Of a stretch of DNA of 64,000 bases, positions 38,886 through 48,805 are shown in pieces. Origin of the DNA: Armatimonadota bacterium (GTDB taxonomy: Bacteria; Armatimonadota; SYMT01); NCBI GenBank assembly GCA_041690135.1, contig JAWLHY010000001.1, positions 384,001 to 448,000 on the forward strand, in the 5' to 3' direction. The notes beneath the pieces are model-generated. The model was not told the origin of the DNA and did not search any database. It saw only the letters and a list, made by a program, of their open reading frames with translations. The position numbers and the translations under genes are program-made. Every line of letters starts with the position of its first letter. The stretch's first letter is position 1.

Positions 38886-40052
38886 GTGACGATGACTGCC
38901 GACTATCGGCCCGGGCTGGAAGGGGTGATCGCTGCGAAGACGGCACTGAGCAGCGTGGATGGGACCGCGGGTGAACTATTGATCCGGGGTTTCCCGGTCG
39001 AGGAGCTGGCTCCGCGGGCCACGTTCGAAGAGTGCCTGTGGCTCCTCTGGTATGGTGAGCGGCCGGACGGCGCTCAACGAGTCGCCATTCAACAGGCGCT
39101 GGAATCGCGGAGAGTCCTGCCGGCGCCGGTGCTGGAGCTCCTGCGCCAGGCGGCCGCGGAACCCCTCGACCCGATGGATGCGCTCCGGATGGCGGTGGGC
39201 GCCCTCTCGCTGGGCACGGGTCCCGACGGGCTGGAAGCCGTTTCGACCTTCAGCAAACTAGAGTTAGAAGCGCTGCGCCTGGTGGCGGCCTTCCCGCCGC
39301 TGGTGGCCGCCTATCACCGCCTCCGGCAGGGGCTCCAGCCGCTGGAGTCTCGTCCGGATCTCGCTCACGCGGCGAATTTCCTGTACCTGCTGACCGGCGA
39401 GGAGCCGCATCCCGCTCGTGCTCGCGCCCTGGAGACCTACCTCAACACGGTGGTCGACCACGGCCTCAACGCCTCCACGTTCACCGCGCGGGTCATCATT
39501 TCTACCGGCACGGACCTGGTTTCCGCCATCACCGGCGCGGTCGGCGCGCTCAAGGGCCCGCTCCACGGCGGCGCGCCGGGCCCGGCGCTGGAGACGGTTT
39601 TCGCCATCGGCCGCGAAGAGGACGCAGAACCCTACCTCCGCGATTTACTGGAGCGGGGCCAGCGTTTGATGGGCTTCGGGCACCGGATCTACAAGGTCCG
39701 CGATCCCCGCGCCGAAGTGCTCTCCCGGGAAGCCGCGCGTCTCTTCCTGGAGGCCGGTGATCGGAACCTGTATGAGCTGACCCGCCACGTGGAGCAGGTG
39801 GCCGTTCAACTACTGGAAGAGTACAAACCCGGCCGAAGACTGCAGACCAACGTCGAGTTCTACACCGCGCTGCTGCTGCACGGCATCGGTCTGCCGGTGG
39901 AACTGTTCACCCCCACCTTCGCGATCAGCCGCGTCGCGGGCTGGACCGCCCACTGCCTGGAGCAGATGCGCGACAACCGGATCTTCCGCCCGCAGTCCCT
40001 CTATACCGGCCCCACGGGACGGCAGTGGGACCCCACTCCGAATGGGGTTTGA
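38886..40052 (+). CDS. Citrate synthase (CitA-like, NVEF subtype)
   Basis: PGLEGVIA, DHGLNASTFTAR, GPLHGGA, GFGHRIY, TNVEFY; AGGAGG RBS. Confidence 0.92.
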   Translation: MTMTADYRPGLEGVIAAKTALSSVDGTAGELLIRGFPVEELAPRATFEECLWLLWYGERPDGAQRVAIQQALESRRVLPAPVLELLRQAAAEPLDPMDALRMAVGALSLGTGPDGLEAVSTFSKLELEALRLVAAFPPLVAAYHRLRQGLQPLESRPDLAHAANFLYLLTGEEPHPARARALETYLNTVVDHGLNASTFTARVIISTGTDLVSAITGAVGALKGPLHGGAPGPALETVFAIGREEDAEPYLRDLLERGQRLMGFGHRIYKVRDPRAEVLSREAARLFLEAGDRNLYELTRHVEQVAVQLLEEYKPGRRLQTNVEFYTALLLHGIGLPVELFTPTFAISRVAGWTAHCLEQMRDNRIFRPQSLYTGPTGRQWDPTPNGV

Positions 40053-40179
40053 CACGGATGATACGGAGCGAGCGGATTTACACGGGTGAGCCTGTCAGAA
40101 TGAGTACCACGGAGAACACAGAGCGCACCAAGAGGGGAGGGGAAGGCGTGGAAGAGTTGAAAGCGGTGCAAGGTCAAGC

Positions 40180-40698
40180 ATGAGACCAGATTGTGTACTC
40201 ACCCCTTCAGCAGTGGAGAGGAAGATCCGGGAGGCATTCGCCGACCTGGAGATCCCGGAAGAACCACTGGTCATCCGAGCCTACCAGCAAAGCGACGAAG
40301 GGGATGCTGTGCGGAGATGCTGCCTGGGCAGAAGCTGGCAGGCAATCACCAGATCGGACATTCAGGCACTCGAAAAGGGTTGGGTCCTTACTGTCATGAC
40401 GCCGGTCGCCTGGAGATACTACCTGCCGGCCTGGATGACTGCATCCATAGACGCCTATGCGGCGGATTTCATCCCAGATTATGTAGTCAGGAGTCTCGCT
40501 GAACCTGGCGAAAGGAGAAAGGGCAGCATTAGGGTCAACACGGAAAAGCAAGCCCTGATCACTGACAGGCAGGCCGAAAGCATATTGACCTTCTTGCGGT
40601 GGATCGAGTTGCACTATGGCGAAGACGCCGACGAGTCCCTGGATTGCGCCTTGAAGTACTGGGGGTTCCGATGCAACCAACACGCGGAGCCTGGATAG
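40180..40698 (+). CDS. Hypothetical protein, DUF6714-like
   Basis: IREAFAD...W.AI...MTPVAWRYYLPAWM pattern; lower GC. Confidence 0.55.
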   Translation: MRPDCVLTPSAVERKIREAFADLEIPEEPLVIRAYQQSDEGDAVRRCCLGRSWQAITRSDIQALEKGWVLTVMTPVAWRYYLPAWMTASIDAYAADFIPDYVVRSLAEPGERRKGSIRVNTEKQALITDRQAESILTFLRWIELHYGEDADESLDCALKYWGFRCNQHAEPG

Positions 40699-40908
40699 AT
40701 GGGTTCGTTCGGAAGCCCGATCCCGCTACGACACGTCTCGTAACCTCGCCCCGAATGATGGAGCAGGGCCCCCGGAGGCTCGGCAGGGATGACCAGTGAG
40801 GAACGTTCGAGACTGCTCCGGGGGGCTCGAGAGAGGCGCGACTGCAAATTGGGAGTTAACCGCGGAGGCTGTTGTTCCCGAGTTAGATCCCAACACGAAA
40901 GGACTGGC

Positions 40909-41688
40909 ATGCTGCCCATGAGCGAGGGAACCGTGTGGAAACGTGGGGTGGTCAGGGCCGGATGGCTCGGGCTGGGTGCCGCGCTCATCTTGTGGGTCCT
41001 CGCTCCGCGGCAACCTTCCCGGGCAGAGATGGAACGGGAACGGGTCGCCACGCCGGAGGGAATGGTCTACGTCCCCGGCGGAACGTGTCTCATCGGCTCG
41101 CCCGACCCGGATGATAGCGATGCGCCCGCCATGCGGAAGGTGTTCGTCCCTTCCTTTTACCTGGACCGCCTGGAAGTGACGAACGCCGAGTTTCGACGGT
41201 TCCGATCGTCCCACGCCTACCCGGAGGGGGAGGACCGGCTCCCCGTCACCAACGTGCAGTACGAGGAGGCGGAAGCGTACGCCCGCTGGGCCGGGAAGCG
41301 GTTGCCGACGAACGAGGAATGGGAGAAGGCGGCGCGGGGAATCGACGGCCGGAGGTATCCCTGGGGCAACGGGTGGGACCCGAAACGGGTGGCGCCGCGC
41401 GCCCGCCGTAAGCCGGTGCCTGTGCCCGATGGCGGTCACTGTCCGCCATCCCGCGTACAGCCGGTGGGGACCGTTCCGGCCGGCCTCAGCCCGTTCGGGT
41501 GCCTGGATATGGCCGGAAATGCCTGGGAGTGGGTCTCCGGGTTCCATGGGGGTAACCGGGAGCAACGGATCATCCGGGGTGGTGCCGTCGGCTACGGAGA
41601 GCGCGCTTGCCGCACCTACTCCCGCGGGATCGAGGGCGCGGGCGTTACGTGAAGGGACGTCGGATTTCGCTGCGCGAAGTCACCGTAA
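40909..41688 (+). CDS. FGE-sulfatase/SUMF1-family protein, probable selenoprotein (in-frame TGA at 41650-41652)
   Basis: EVTNAEF, PVTNV...A.AYARWAGKRLPT.EEWEKAARG, DMAGNAWEW; the family-terminal GFRC motif is encoded after the TGA (T-U-R-D-V-G-F-R-C-A-K-S-P-TAA). Confidence 0.85.
41663..41681 (+). promoter_or_regulatory. Candidate bacterial SECIS hairpin
   Basis: GATTTCGC-TGC-GCGAAGTC, 8-bp stem starting 11 nt after the TGA, G in the loop. Confidence 0.6.
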
Positions 41689-41696
41689 TCAGCACA

Positions 41697-43583
41697 CTAG
41701 GCAGGGGCGAGTAGGCCTCGCTCCATCACCACGTCCTTGGCCAGGGTATGGTAGCCGGACGCCTCGAAAAGCACGGTCACGCCCTCGTCGGTGACGCGGG
41801 TGACTTCTCCGGATCCGTACTCGGAATGGGTGACGTGATCGCCGACCCGCACCGCGTCGAGCCAGGTCCGGGGCTCGGGCGGCTCCGGCGAAGGGTCCTC
41901 CGCGGAGGGCGGCGCGGTGACTTCCAGTAGGCCTTCGCGTTCCACGACCTCGCGGGACAGCACCTTTCGTTCTCCGGTATCAAAGTCCACCGTGAGGGTG
42001 TCGCCTTCCGTACTGGAGACTCGACCTTCGCCCCATTCCCGGTGACGCACCTGGGCGCCGGGTTGGAACGCATCCGGTTCAGTCACTTCCGGAGCGAGGT
42101 CGGTGCGGAGGTCGTTGTCGCACCAGTCGCAGTTCTCGAACTCGGTCTCCTCCCCGAAGTAGTTGAGCAGGTAGCGGCGACGGCACTCCCAGAGCTCAGC
42201 GTAGCCGCGGACCATCTCCAGGCGGCTGCGCTCGTAGCGCTTGCGCCGTTCTTCGCATTCCAGCGAGATTCGCTCGGGATCGAAGTCCTCCACGCGGAGG
42301 CGCACCGAGTCTCCGGTCGTGTCGAGCATGCCTGCCGCGGTTAGCAACTCGATGGCGCGCGCCGCCTTCGCCTTGCCCAACCCGGTGGCGGCCCGGAGGT
42401 CGGCCGGAGTGATCGGGGCGCCGGACCGTAGCGCCTTGCGGATCTTGCGCAGGTCCTCGACGGCGACCCGGCTGCTGCCGCCCAGAAAGGCCGCCCGCCC
42501 CAGGTCGGCGGGACGGTAGATCAGCACGCACCGGGCCGGCTCCCCGTCGCGACCGGCTCGCCCGGCCTCCTGGTAGTACTCTTCCACGCTGGCCGGCACG
42601 TCCCGGTGGATCACGAAGCGCACGTCCGGCTTGTCGATGCCGAGACCGAACGCATTGGTGGCGGCGATCACCCGCAGTTCGCCCGCCATGAAGGCTTCCT
42701 GAATGCGGTCGCGGTCCGCCTTCTTCAACTGGCCATGGTAGCAGCCGGCCTCCACGCCCCACTCCCGCAGCCAGGCGGCAGTCTCTTCGGCTGCTCGGGT
42801 GGTGGCCGTGTAGATGATGCCGCTACCCTGCATCATTCCGGCGAGCCGCTCCGCGAGATCCGGAGGGTACCGCTCGTCTTCGCCCTGGAAGAGGGTTCGC
42901 AGCACGGAGAAGTCTTCCTCCTCCTGCCGGACCGTGCGGACCTCGAAGAACAGGTTCGGCCGGTCCACCCCGGAAACGATGACCCGCGGCCCCCGCAGGT
43001 CGAGCCGCTCCACGATATCCTGCCGGACCCACGGGGTGGCCGTCGCCGTCAGGGCCAGCACCGGGGGCCGGCCCAGCCGTTCCACCGAGTGAGGGAGCGC
43101 CAGGTACGCCGGTCGGAAATCATAACCCCATTCGGAGATGCAATGCGCCTCGTCCACGGCCACCAGCGAGATTTCACCCGCGGTAAACTGCGCGACGAAC
43201 TCCGGGTTCTCCAGGCGCTCGGGGGTGACGTAGAGGATCCGCGTTTCCCCCTCCCGGGCGCTCGCCAGGCTCTCCTCAATCTGTCGCGCCGATTGGCCGC
43301 TGTGGATGACGCCCGCCTCAACCCCCTGCGCCTCCAGGGAGTCCGCCTGGTCCTTCATCAGGGCGATGAGCGGAGAGACGACCAGGGTGATCCCCGGAAG
43401 AAACTGTGAGGCTACCTGGTAGACCAGAGACTTGCCTGCCCCCGTCGGCTGGATGTAGAGGACGTCCCGCCCCCCGAGGAGAGTGCGGATGGCCCGCTCC
43501 TGGCCGGGGCGGAAACGGTCGTGGCCGAAATCGTTGCGCAAACAGGCGAAGAGTTCCTCGCCCCCCGGTTGCCGGTTCCCCAT
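41697..43583 (-). CDS. recQ: RecQ family ATP-dependent DNA helicase with two C-terminal Tudor/SH3-like repeats
   Basis: PTGAGKS, DEAHCISEWGYDFRPAY, ATNAFGLGIDK, YYQEAGRAGRDG, CRR...C..CD Zn motif. Confidence 0.93.
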   Translation of the reverse strand: MGNRQPGGEELFACLRNDFGHDRFRPGQERAIRTLLGGRDVLYIQPTGAGKSLVYQVASQFLPGITLVVSPLIALMKDQADSLEAQGVEAGVIHSGQSARQIEESLASAREGETRILYVTPERLENPEFVAQFTAGEISLVAVDEAHCISEWGYDFRPAYLALPHSVERLGRPPVLALTATATPWVRQDIVERLDLRGPRVIVSGVDRPNLFFEVRTVRQEEEDFSVLRTLFQGEDERYPPDLAERLAGMMQGSGIIYTATTRAAEETAAWLREWGVEAGCYHGQLKKADRDRIQEAFMAGELRVIAATNAFGLGIDKPDVRFVIHRDVPASVEEYYQEAGRAGRDGEPARCVLIYRPADLGRAAFLGGSSRVAVEDLRKIRKALRSGAPITPADLRAATGLGKAKAARAIELLTAAGMLDTTGDSVRLRVEDFDPERISLECEERRKRYERSRLEMVRGYAELWECRRRYLLNYFGEETEFENCDWCDNDLRTDLAPEVTEPDAFQPGAQVRHREWGEGRVSSTEGDTLTVDFDTGERKVLSREVVEREGLLEVTAPPSAEDPSPEPPEPRTWLDAVRVGDHVTHSEYGSGEVTRVTDEGVTVLFEASGYHTLAKDVVMERGLLAPA

Positions 43584-43679
43584 CTCTCGCGCCGCCCTCG
43601 CCCTGTAGTTGAACCACTTACGCCGAAGGGCTATACCCCGACCTAAGAGGGCCTAGACGAGAAGCCGGATCGAATTCCT

Positions 43680-45092
43680 TCACTCCAGATAAGTCAGCGC
43701 CACGTGCGAGAAGGCGGTGCCGGGAGAGGCGGACAGCGCCGGAGTAACCGGCCCGGCGGAGATACGAGCGGTGACCGAGGGGAAGGCCTCCAGCGTGGCC
43801 ACCAGTTCGCTTCCACGGCGACATACCCGGAGGTGATGGAGCGCATCCGGTCGGAAGTCCGAGGGCAGCCGTGCTTCCCGGTCGCCGATCCGGAGGACTC
43901 CGCGTCCCACGCGCACTTCGTGGTTTCCCAGGTTCACTCCCCATTCGGCATCCGGGTTCTCTGCCGAGGCTGCTGTCTCAAGGACCAGGTTCTCCGCCGG
44001 GTCGCCGAGCGCGAGCACTCCATTACCGGAAGCCTGCAGTCCGGCCGAGGACCGCCTCCATCCGGAGGGTACTTCCAGCCCCTCCAGGGAACGCTCCTCA
44101 GCGAACCAGTCCACGAGGTCCGGCATTCGGGGGACGGGGCGAGCATCACTGCTCGCTCCCTCGCACACTGGCCGCCAGCCCTCCCAGCGGAGCGGGTCGA
44201 TGCGGGGATAGCGCCCGGTGCCTTCCAGGTCCCAGCCATGGTAAACGATGTATTGGCTGACGAGGTCCGGACCGAGGACCACGGAGTTATGCCCGGGCCC
44301 CAGCACGTGCTCGGGAATCGTCCGCAAGATCAGTGGCGCGTCCCGGTTGCTGTCGTCTACCCAGGGCCCCAGGGGGTGGTCGGCGTGCGCGTAGCCCACG
44401 CCGTAGTTGGGGTTCTCATAGCGTCCGCCGCTGTAGAAGCAGACGTAACGGTTTTCCACCCGCAAAACGAATGGCCCTTCAATGGTGTACCAGTCTAACC
44501 CCTGCTTGACGGCACGCTGCAACTCGAATACCTGCCACTCGGCGTAGGGTCGCAACACCGGCCGCGGCTTACCTTCCAGCCGGTCCATGGCGACCAGGCG
44601 GTCGACGACGATCCCGGTTCCGGCGAACGGTGGCTCCAGTTCGTCGCGCGCGTAGAAGAGATACCACTGCCCATCCGCCGGGTCCTGAAAGGGGTGACCG
44701 TCGATGGCAAAGATCTCGTGCGGGGTGAGGTCCACGCCCGCGTCCTGCCACGGGCCGATTGGGTGGTCGGCCACTGCTAGCCGCATATGGTGGTCCGGGT
44801 TCTCGGTCTGGCCGGTGGCGTAATACATGTAGAAGCGGCCTTCCCGGTAGGCCACTTCCGGTGCCCAGTATTCCTCCAGGCCGGGGTGGGCCAGCGGGTC
44901 GAGGGCGCCGCCATGCGGTTCCCAGTCCACCAGGTTGCGAGAACTCAGAATTGGAAACCGGCGATTATCATCGGAGATGCCCGTGCCGTAGGCGTAGTAA
45001 ATTCCGCCATGCCGGAGCACGAAGGGGTCGGGAAAGTCGCGTGGGTAAACGGGGTTGGTGTAGATGGTAGGGGCGGGTTTCGGCACGCTCAA
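43680..45092 (-). CDS. Glycoside hydrolase family 43
   Basis: DFPDPFV, WAPEV, AIDGHPF, TIEGP, GPGHNS motifs. Confidence 0.92.
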   Translation of the reverse strand: MSVPKPAPTIYTNPVYPRDFPDPFVLRHGGIYYAYGTGISDDNRRFPILSSRNLVDWEPHGGALDPLAHPGLEEYWAPEVAYREGRFYMYYATGQTENPDHHMRLAVADHPIGPWQDAGVDLTPHEIFAIDGHPFQDPADGQWYLFYARDELEPPFAGTGIVVDRLVAMDRLEGKPRPVLRPYAEWQVFELQRAVKQGLDWYTIEGPFVLRVENRYVCFYSGGRYENPNYGVGYAHADHPLGPWVDDSNRDAPLILRTIPEHVLGPGHNSVVLGPDLVSQYIVYHGWDLEGTGRYPRIDPLRWEGWRPVCEGASSDARPVPRMPDLVDWFAEERSLEGLEVPSGWRRSSAGLQASGNGVLALGDPAENLVLETAASAENPDAEWGVNLGNHEVRVGRGVLRIGDREARLPSDFRPDALHHLRVCRRGSELVATLEAFPSVTARISAGPVTPALSASPGTAFSHVALTYLE

Positions 45093-46210
45093 GTCCTCTC
45101 ATCCAGGGGTGCTATCTGCCGCGGCTCCGGACCGACGTAAAGTCCCCGCGGCCGGATCAGGCGGTTATGGTCCAACTGCTCAATGATGTGGGCGGCCCAG
45201 CCGGCCGTGCGCGCGGCGACGAACACTGGGGTGTAGAGATCCACGGGGATTCCCAGCATCGCGTAGACCCAGGCGCAGGGGAAATCAACGTTCGGCTTGA
45301 GTCCCTTCTCCTGCTCCACCACGGCCTGGATCCGGTCTGCCGTATCGAGCCAGTGGGTATCGTTCCATCGCCGGGCGAGCCATGCTCCGCAGTCGTGTAG
45401 GATCGTGGCCCGGGTATCCCCTTTCCGCACCACGCGGTGGCCGAAGCCCATGATCCGTTCCTTACGGGCGAGCCGATCACGAACCCAGGCTTCCGCCTGC
45501 TCCGACCCCCCGATTTCAAGCAGCATCTCCATGGCGCGCTCGTTGGCGCCGCCGTGGAGCGGCCCTTTCAGCGTCCCTACCCCCGTCACGATCCCCGAGT
45601 GGAGGTCGGAAAGGGTGGAAACCGTCACCCGCGCCGCGAAGGTGGAAGCGTTGTACTCGTGCTCGGCGTAGAGGATGAGGGAGACATCCATCACCTTCTC
45701 CGCGTCCGCGTCCGGTTCTTCGCCGGTCAACTGGCGGAGCAGGTAACGGGCATGGCTGCCCTCCCAGGTATCGATCTCGCCGTTGCCGCCGGTCCGTGCC
45801 CGGTGCCACTCGCCGATGAGAGCCGGGATCTGCGCCAGCAGCCGGACCGCCTTCCGGACATTTGCCTCGTGGGAGCCGTCGTCGACCTCCGGATCGAAGT
45901 GCGCCTGGAAGGAAACTGCGGAACGGAGCGCGTCCATCGCCGGAATCTGCGGGGGAATGCAGCGGACCAGGGAAGCCAATTCGGGGTGGAGGGGCCGGTT
46001 CTCGACTAGTTCGTGACGGAACTGTTCCCCCTGTTCCGGATCCGGCAACTCCCCATGGAGTACCAGGTAGGCGACGTCCTCGAACGAACACTGCTCCGCC
46101 AGGTCCCGGATGGAGTAACCGCGGTAGAACAGGCCCTCCTCCGTGATCGAACTGATCGCTGTTTCACCCGCGATCACGCCTTCCAGGCCGGGACTGTAGT
46201 CGTTCGCCAT
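45089..46210 (-). CDS. prpC: 2-methylcitrate synthase / citrate synthase
   Basis: LYAEHEYNASTFAAR, GPLHGGANE, GFGHRV, PNVDF; directly downstream of prpB. Confidence 0.88.
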   Translation of the reverse strand: MANDYSPGLEGVIAGETAISSITEEGLFYRGYSIRDLAEQCSFEDVAYLVLHGELPDPEQGEQFRHELVENRPLHPELASLVRCIPPQIPAMDALRSAVSFQAHFDPEVDDGSHEANVRKAVRLLAQIPALIGEWHRARTGGNGEIDTWEGSHARYLLRQLTGEEPDADAEKVMDVSLILYAEHEYNASTFAARVTVSTLSDLHSGIVTGVGTLKGPLHGGANERAMEMLLEIGGSEQAEAWVRDRLARKERIMGFGHRVVRKGDTRATILHDCGAWLARRWNDTHWLDTADRIQAVVEQEKGLKPNVDFPCAWVYAMLGIPVDLYTPVFVAARTAGWAAHIIEQLDHNRLIRPRGLYVGPEPRQIAPLDERT

Positions 46211-46245
46211 GCCGCACCTCGCTTCGGAAACCCGCCGGACTTCGC

Positions 46246-47133
46246 TCACTGGTAACCCGCGATCTTCTCATCCAGCCGTGCATATTCGGGATAGCGCACC
46301 AACTCGTAGAGCTCGGCGCGAGTCTGCATTCGCTCCAGAAACTCGCGCTGGGTGCCCGTGGCGGCGAGTGCGGCAAGCGCCTCTTCCACCGCCTTCATCG
46401 CTACCCGGAACGCGGTCATCGGGAAGAGCACCAGCCGGTAACCCAACTCCGCAAACTCCGCTACGGAAAGATAGGGTGTCTTTCCGAACTCCGTCATATT
46501 GGCCAGCAGCGGGGCGCCGATCCGCTCCTTGAACCGGGCGAATTCCTCCGGCGTCTCCAGCCCCTCCGGAAAGATGACGTCCGCGCCGGCCTCCACGTAC
46601 CGCTCGGCCCGCCGCAAGGCTTCTTCTATGCCTTCTGGACCCGCGGAACCTTCGGCGGAGGCGGCGTCGGTCCGCGCGATGATGACAAAGTCCGGGTTCC
46701 GGCGCGCGTCCGCGGCCGTGGCGATCTTGCGCACCATGTCTTCCGTTGGGACCACCCGCTTGCCTTTCAGGTGGCCGCACCGCTTCGGGTTCTCCTGGTC
46801 CTCAAGGTGAATGCCCGCAATCCCCGCCGCCTCAAACTCGCGGACGGTCCGCATCACGTTCAGCACCTCGCCGAACCCGGTGTCCGCATCGGCGATCACC
46901 GGCACGGAAACCGCCTCCGCAGTGTAACGCGCGTGGCGGACGACCTCTTCCAGCGACAGCAGGCCAACATCGGGGAAGCCCGCCATCCCGTTAGCGGTCC
47001 CGGCTCCGGAAACGTAGAGGAGTGGGAACCCGGCACGCTCCGCGAGGAGCGCCGTGGCCGCATTGAAGGCGCCGGGCACGGCGTGGGTTCCGGATTGCAG
47101 CAGGGTGCGGAGTTGTTGGCAGCGAGGGTTCAT
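46246..47133 (-). CDS. prpB: 2-methylisocitrate lyase
   Basis: DADTGFG, KRCGH active site, IARTDA, ANMTEFGKTP. Confidence 0.93.
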   Translation of the reverse strand: MNPRCQQLRTLLQSGTHAVPGAFNAATALLAERAGFPLLYVSGAGTANGMAGFPDVGLLSLEEVVRHARYTAEAVSVPVIADADTGFGEVLNVMRTVREFEAAGIAGIHLEDQENPKRCGHLKGKRVVPTEDMVRKIATAADARRNPDFVIIARTDAASAEGSAGPEGIEEALRRAERYVEAGADVIFPEGLETPEEFARFKERIGAPLLANMTEFGKTPYLSVAEFAELGYRLVLFPMTAFRVAMKAVEEALAALAATGTQREFLERMQTRAELYELVRYPEYARLDEKIAGYQ

Positions 47134-47623
47134 GGTCCAGGTCTCTCCAGCAGCGACTCACCCCCATTGTGCCCCGGCCGGGCGCGGGACCGCCACACAA
47201 GGTCAGGTGCGAGGGACGGTGGGTGAGTTGCGAGGGAGTGTGGGAGTGTGGGAGTGTGGCGGTCCGGGCGGGGACCGGTGGTCAGCCCCCTGTGGGGGTA
47301 AATGTTTGGGTGTTCAGGCACTGCGGAAACGGGATCAGATCGTCATTGCGAGGAGCGGGGTGTCTGCAGCAACTTCTCAGCCCAGATGAGGTTTTCGTCG
47401 GAGCACACCCCCAAAAGAGCCTGAACCCGACAGCGACGTGGCAAGCCCCCTGGTCAGGGAACTTATCCTGAAGTAGGACTCCTTATCCTGATGCGGATAT
47501 CGAGTCAGGGGACTCGTCCTGGGACCGGACTCCTTATCCTAATCGTAATCCCAATCCTAATCCATCGGGGGCCCCTCCCCCACCGTTTGCGGGAAAGGGG
47601 GTGGGGAGGGGTGTTGTGGGGGA

Positions 47624-48421
47624 TCAGGCGGCCGGAGCGATCCGGTGCTCCAGGGCCTCTTCGGCGTCGTGCACCTGTGCCGCCAGTTGATCGGCAGCCC
47701 GCTTCAGCAGTACCGAGTCGGCCTGCATCTCGGCGGTCCGCTCCGCCAGGCTCTTCTGGTGAAGCAGGAACTCGCCATGCGAGCGGTCGATGATCTCCAG
47801 CGCCTCTTCCGGCGTATCGACCACGTGCGCTTGATCGAGATCGCGCTGGTCCAGCAGCCGCATCTCCGCGGGCACGTTGTCCAGCCAGTCGATGAGCCCG
47901 CCCCAGAACTCGCGGCCGAGCAGGATGAACGGTCGCGGCTCGACGGTTCGCAACTGCAGAAGCTGCCACACGTACATCAGTTCCAGCAGTGTGCCGATCC
48001 CCCCAGGGGCCACAACCACCGCGTGGGACAGGCGGATGAATTCGTCCAGCCGGCTGGAGAACCGCTTGTGCGCGCTCTTGATATCCAGGTGCCGGTTCGG
48101 CTTCTCCGGCAGCGAAGGGATGTCCAGCGGCAGTCCGTAGGACTTCGACCGCGACCGCTTCGCCGCGAGCACGCCCCGGTTCGCCGCTTCCATCAGCCCG
48201 GGCCCCCCGCCGGTGATCACGTCGACCCCGCGTTCCGACAGGCTCTGGGCGAGGCGGAAGACCTCGTGATAGATCGGGTCCTTCGGCCAGATACGCGCCG
48301 AACCAAAGATGCAGACCCGGTAATTCGTGTTCTCCAGTGCGCGAAGTTCGATATCTAACTGAACGTACTCTTCGATGGTACGACTCAGACGCTCCCGCGC
48401 CTCGTTGAGCGTTAGCGCCAT
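47624..48421 (-). CDS. LOG family (TIGR00730) nucleotide phosphoribohydrolase-like protein
   Basis: IFGSAR, TGGGPGLMEAANRG, PGGIGTLLE. Confidence 0.9.
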   Translation of the reverse strand: MALTLNEARERLSRTIEEYVQLDIELRALENTNYRVCIFGSARIWPKDPIYHEVFRLAQSLSERGVDVITGGGPGLMEAANRGVLAAKRSRSKSYGLPLDIPSLPEKPNRHLDIKSAHKRFSSRLDEFIRLSHAVVVAPGGIGTLLELMYVWQLLQLRTVEPRPFILLGREFWGGLIDWLDNVPAEMRLLDQRDLDQAHVVDTPEEALEIIDRSHGEFLLHQKSLAERTAEMQADSVLLKRAADQLAAQVHDAEEALEHRIAPAA

Positions 48422-48805
48422 TTGTTACTTCCTTTCATTAATGGACTACTCTAATCGGCGTTTCGTACTTTGGTGCTGTTCTACACCTCCCCGGTTAACC
48501 CGGACTTAGCCGAACGTTAACTCTTCCGATCCTTGGCGGATCCGGCCCAGTCCGGTCGGTTCTATTCCGCAGTTCTCCGGCTGCCTGTAGAGCAGGCAGT
48601 ACCGGAGAGACGAGGAAGGAAGCGCCCGGGAACGGGTGCTTCCTTCCAGGAGCCGTCCGCATATTCGCGGCCAACGGTTCTTGCGAAGATCCTTCTGCCT
48701 GCTTCCGATCCGGCCAGATACTTATTCAGACCCGGATCGAATGCATCGCGTTCCCCTTACTGGTAGTACAACGATCTTACCCAGAAAAGGATGCGGTTAC
48801 AGGCG

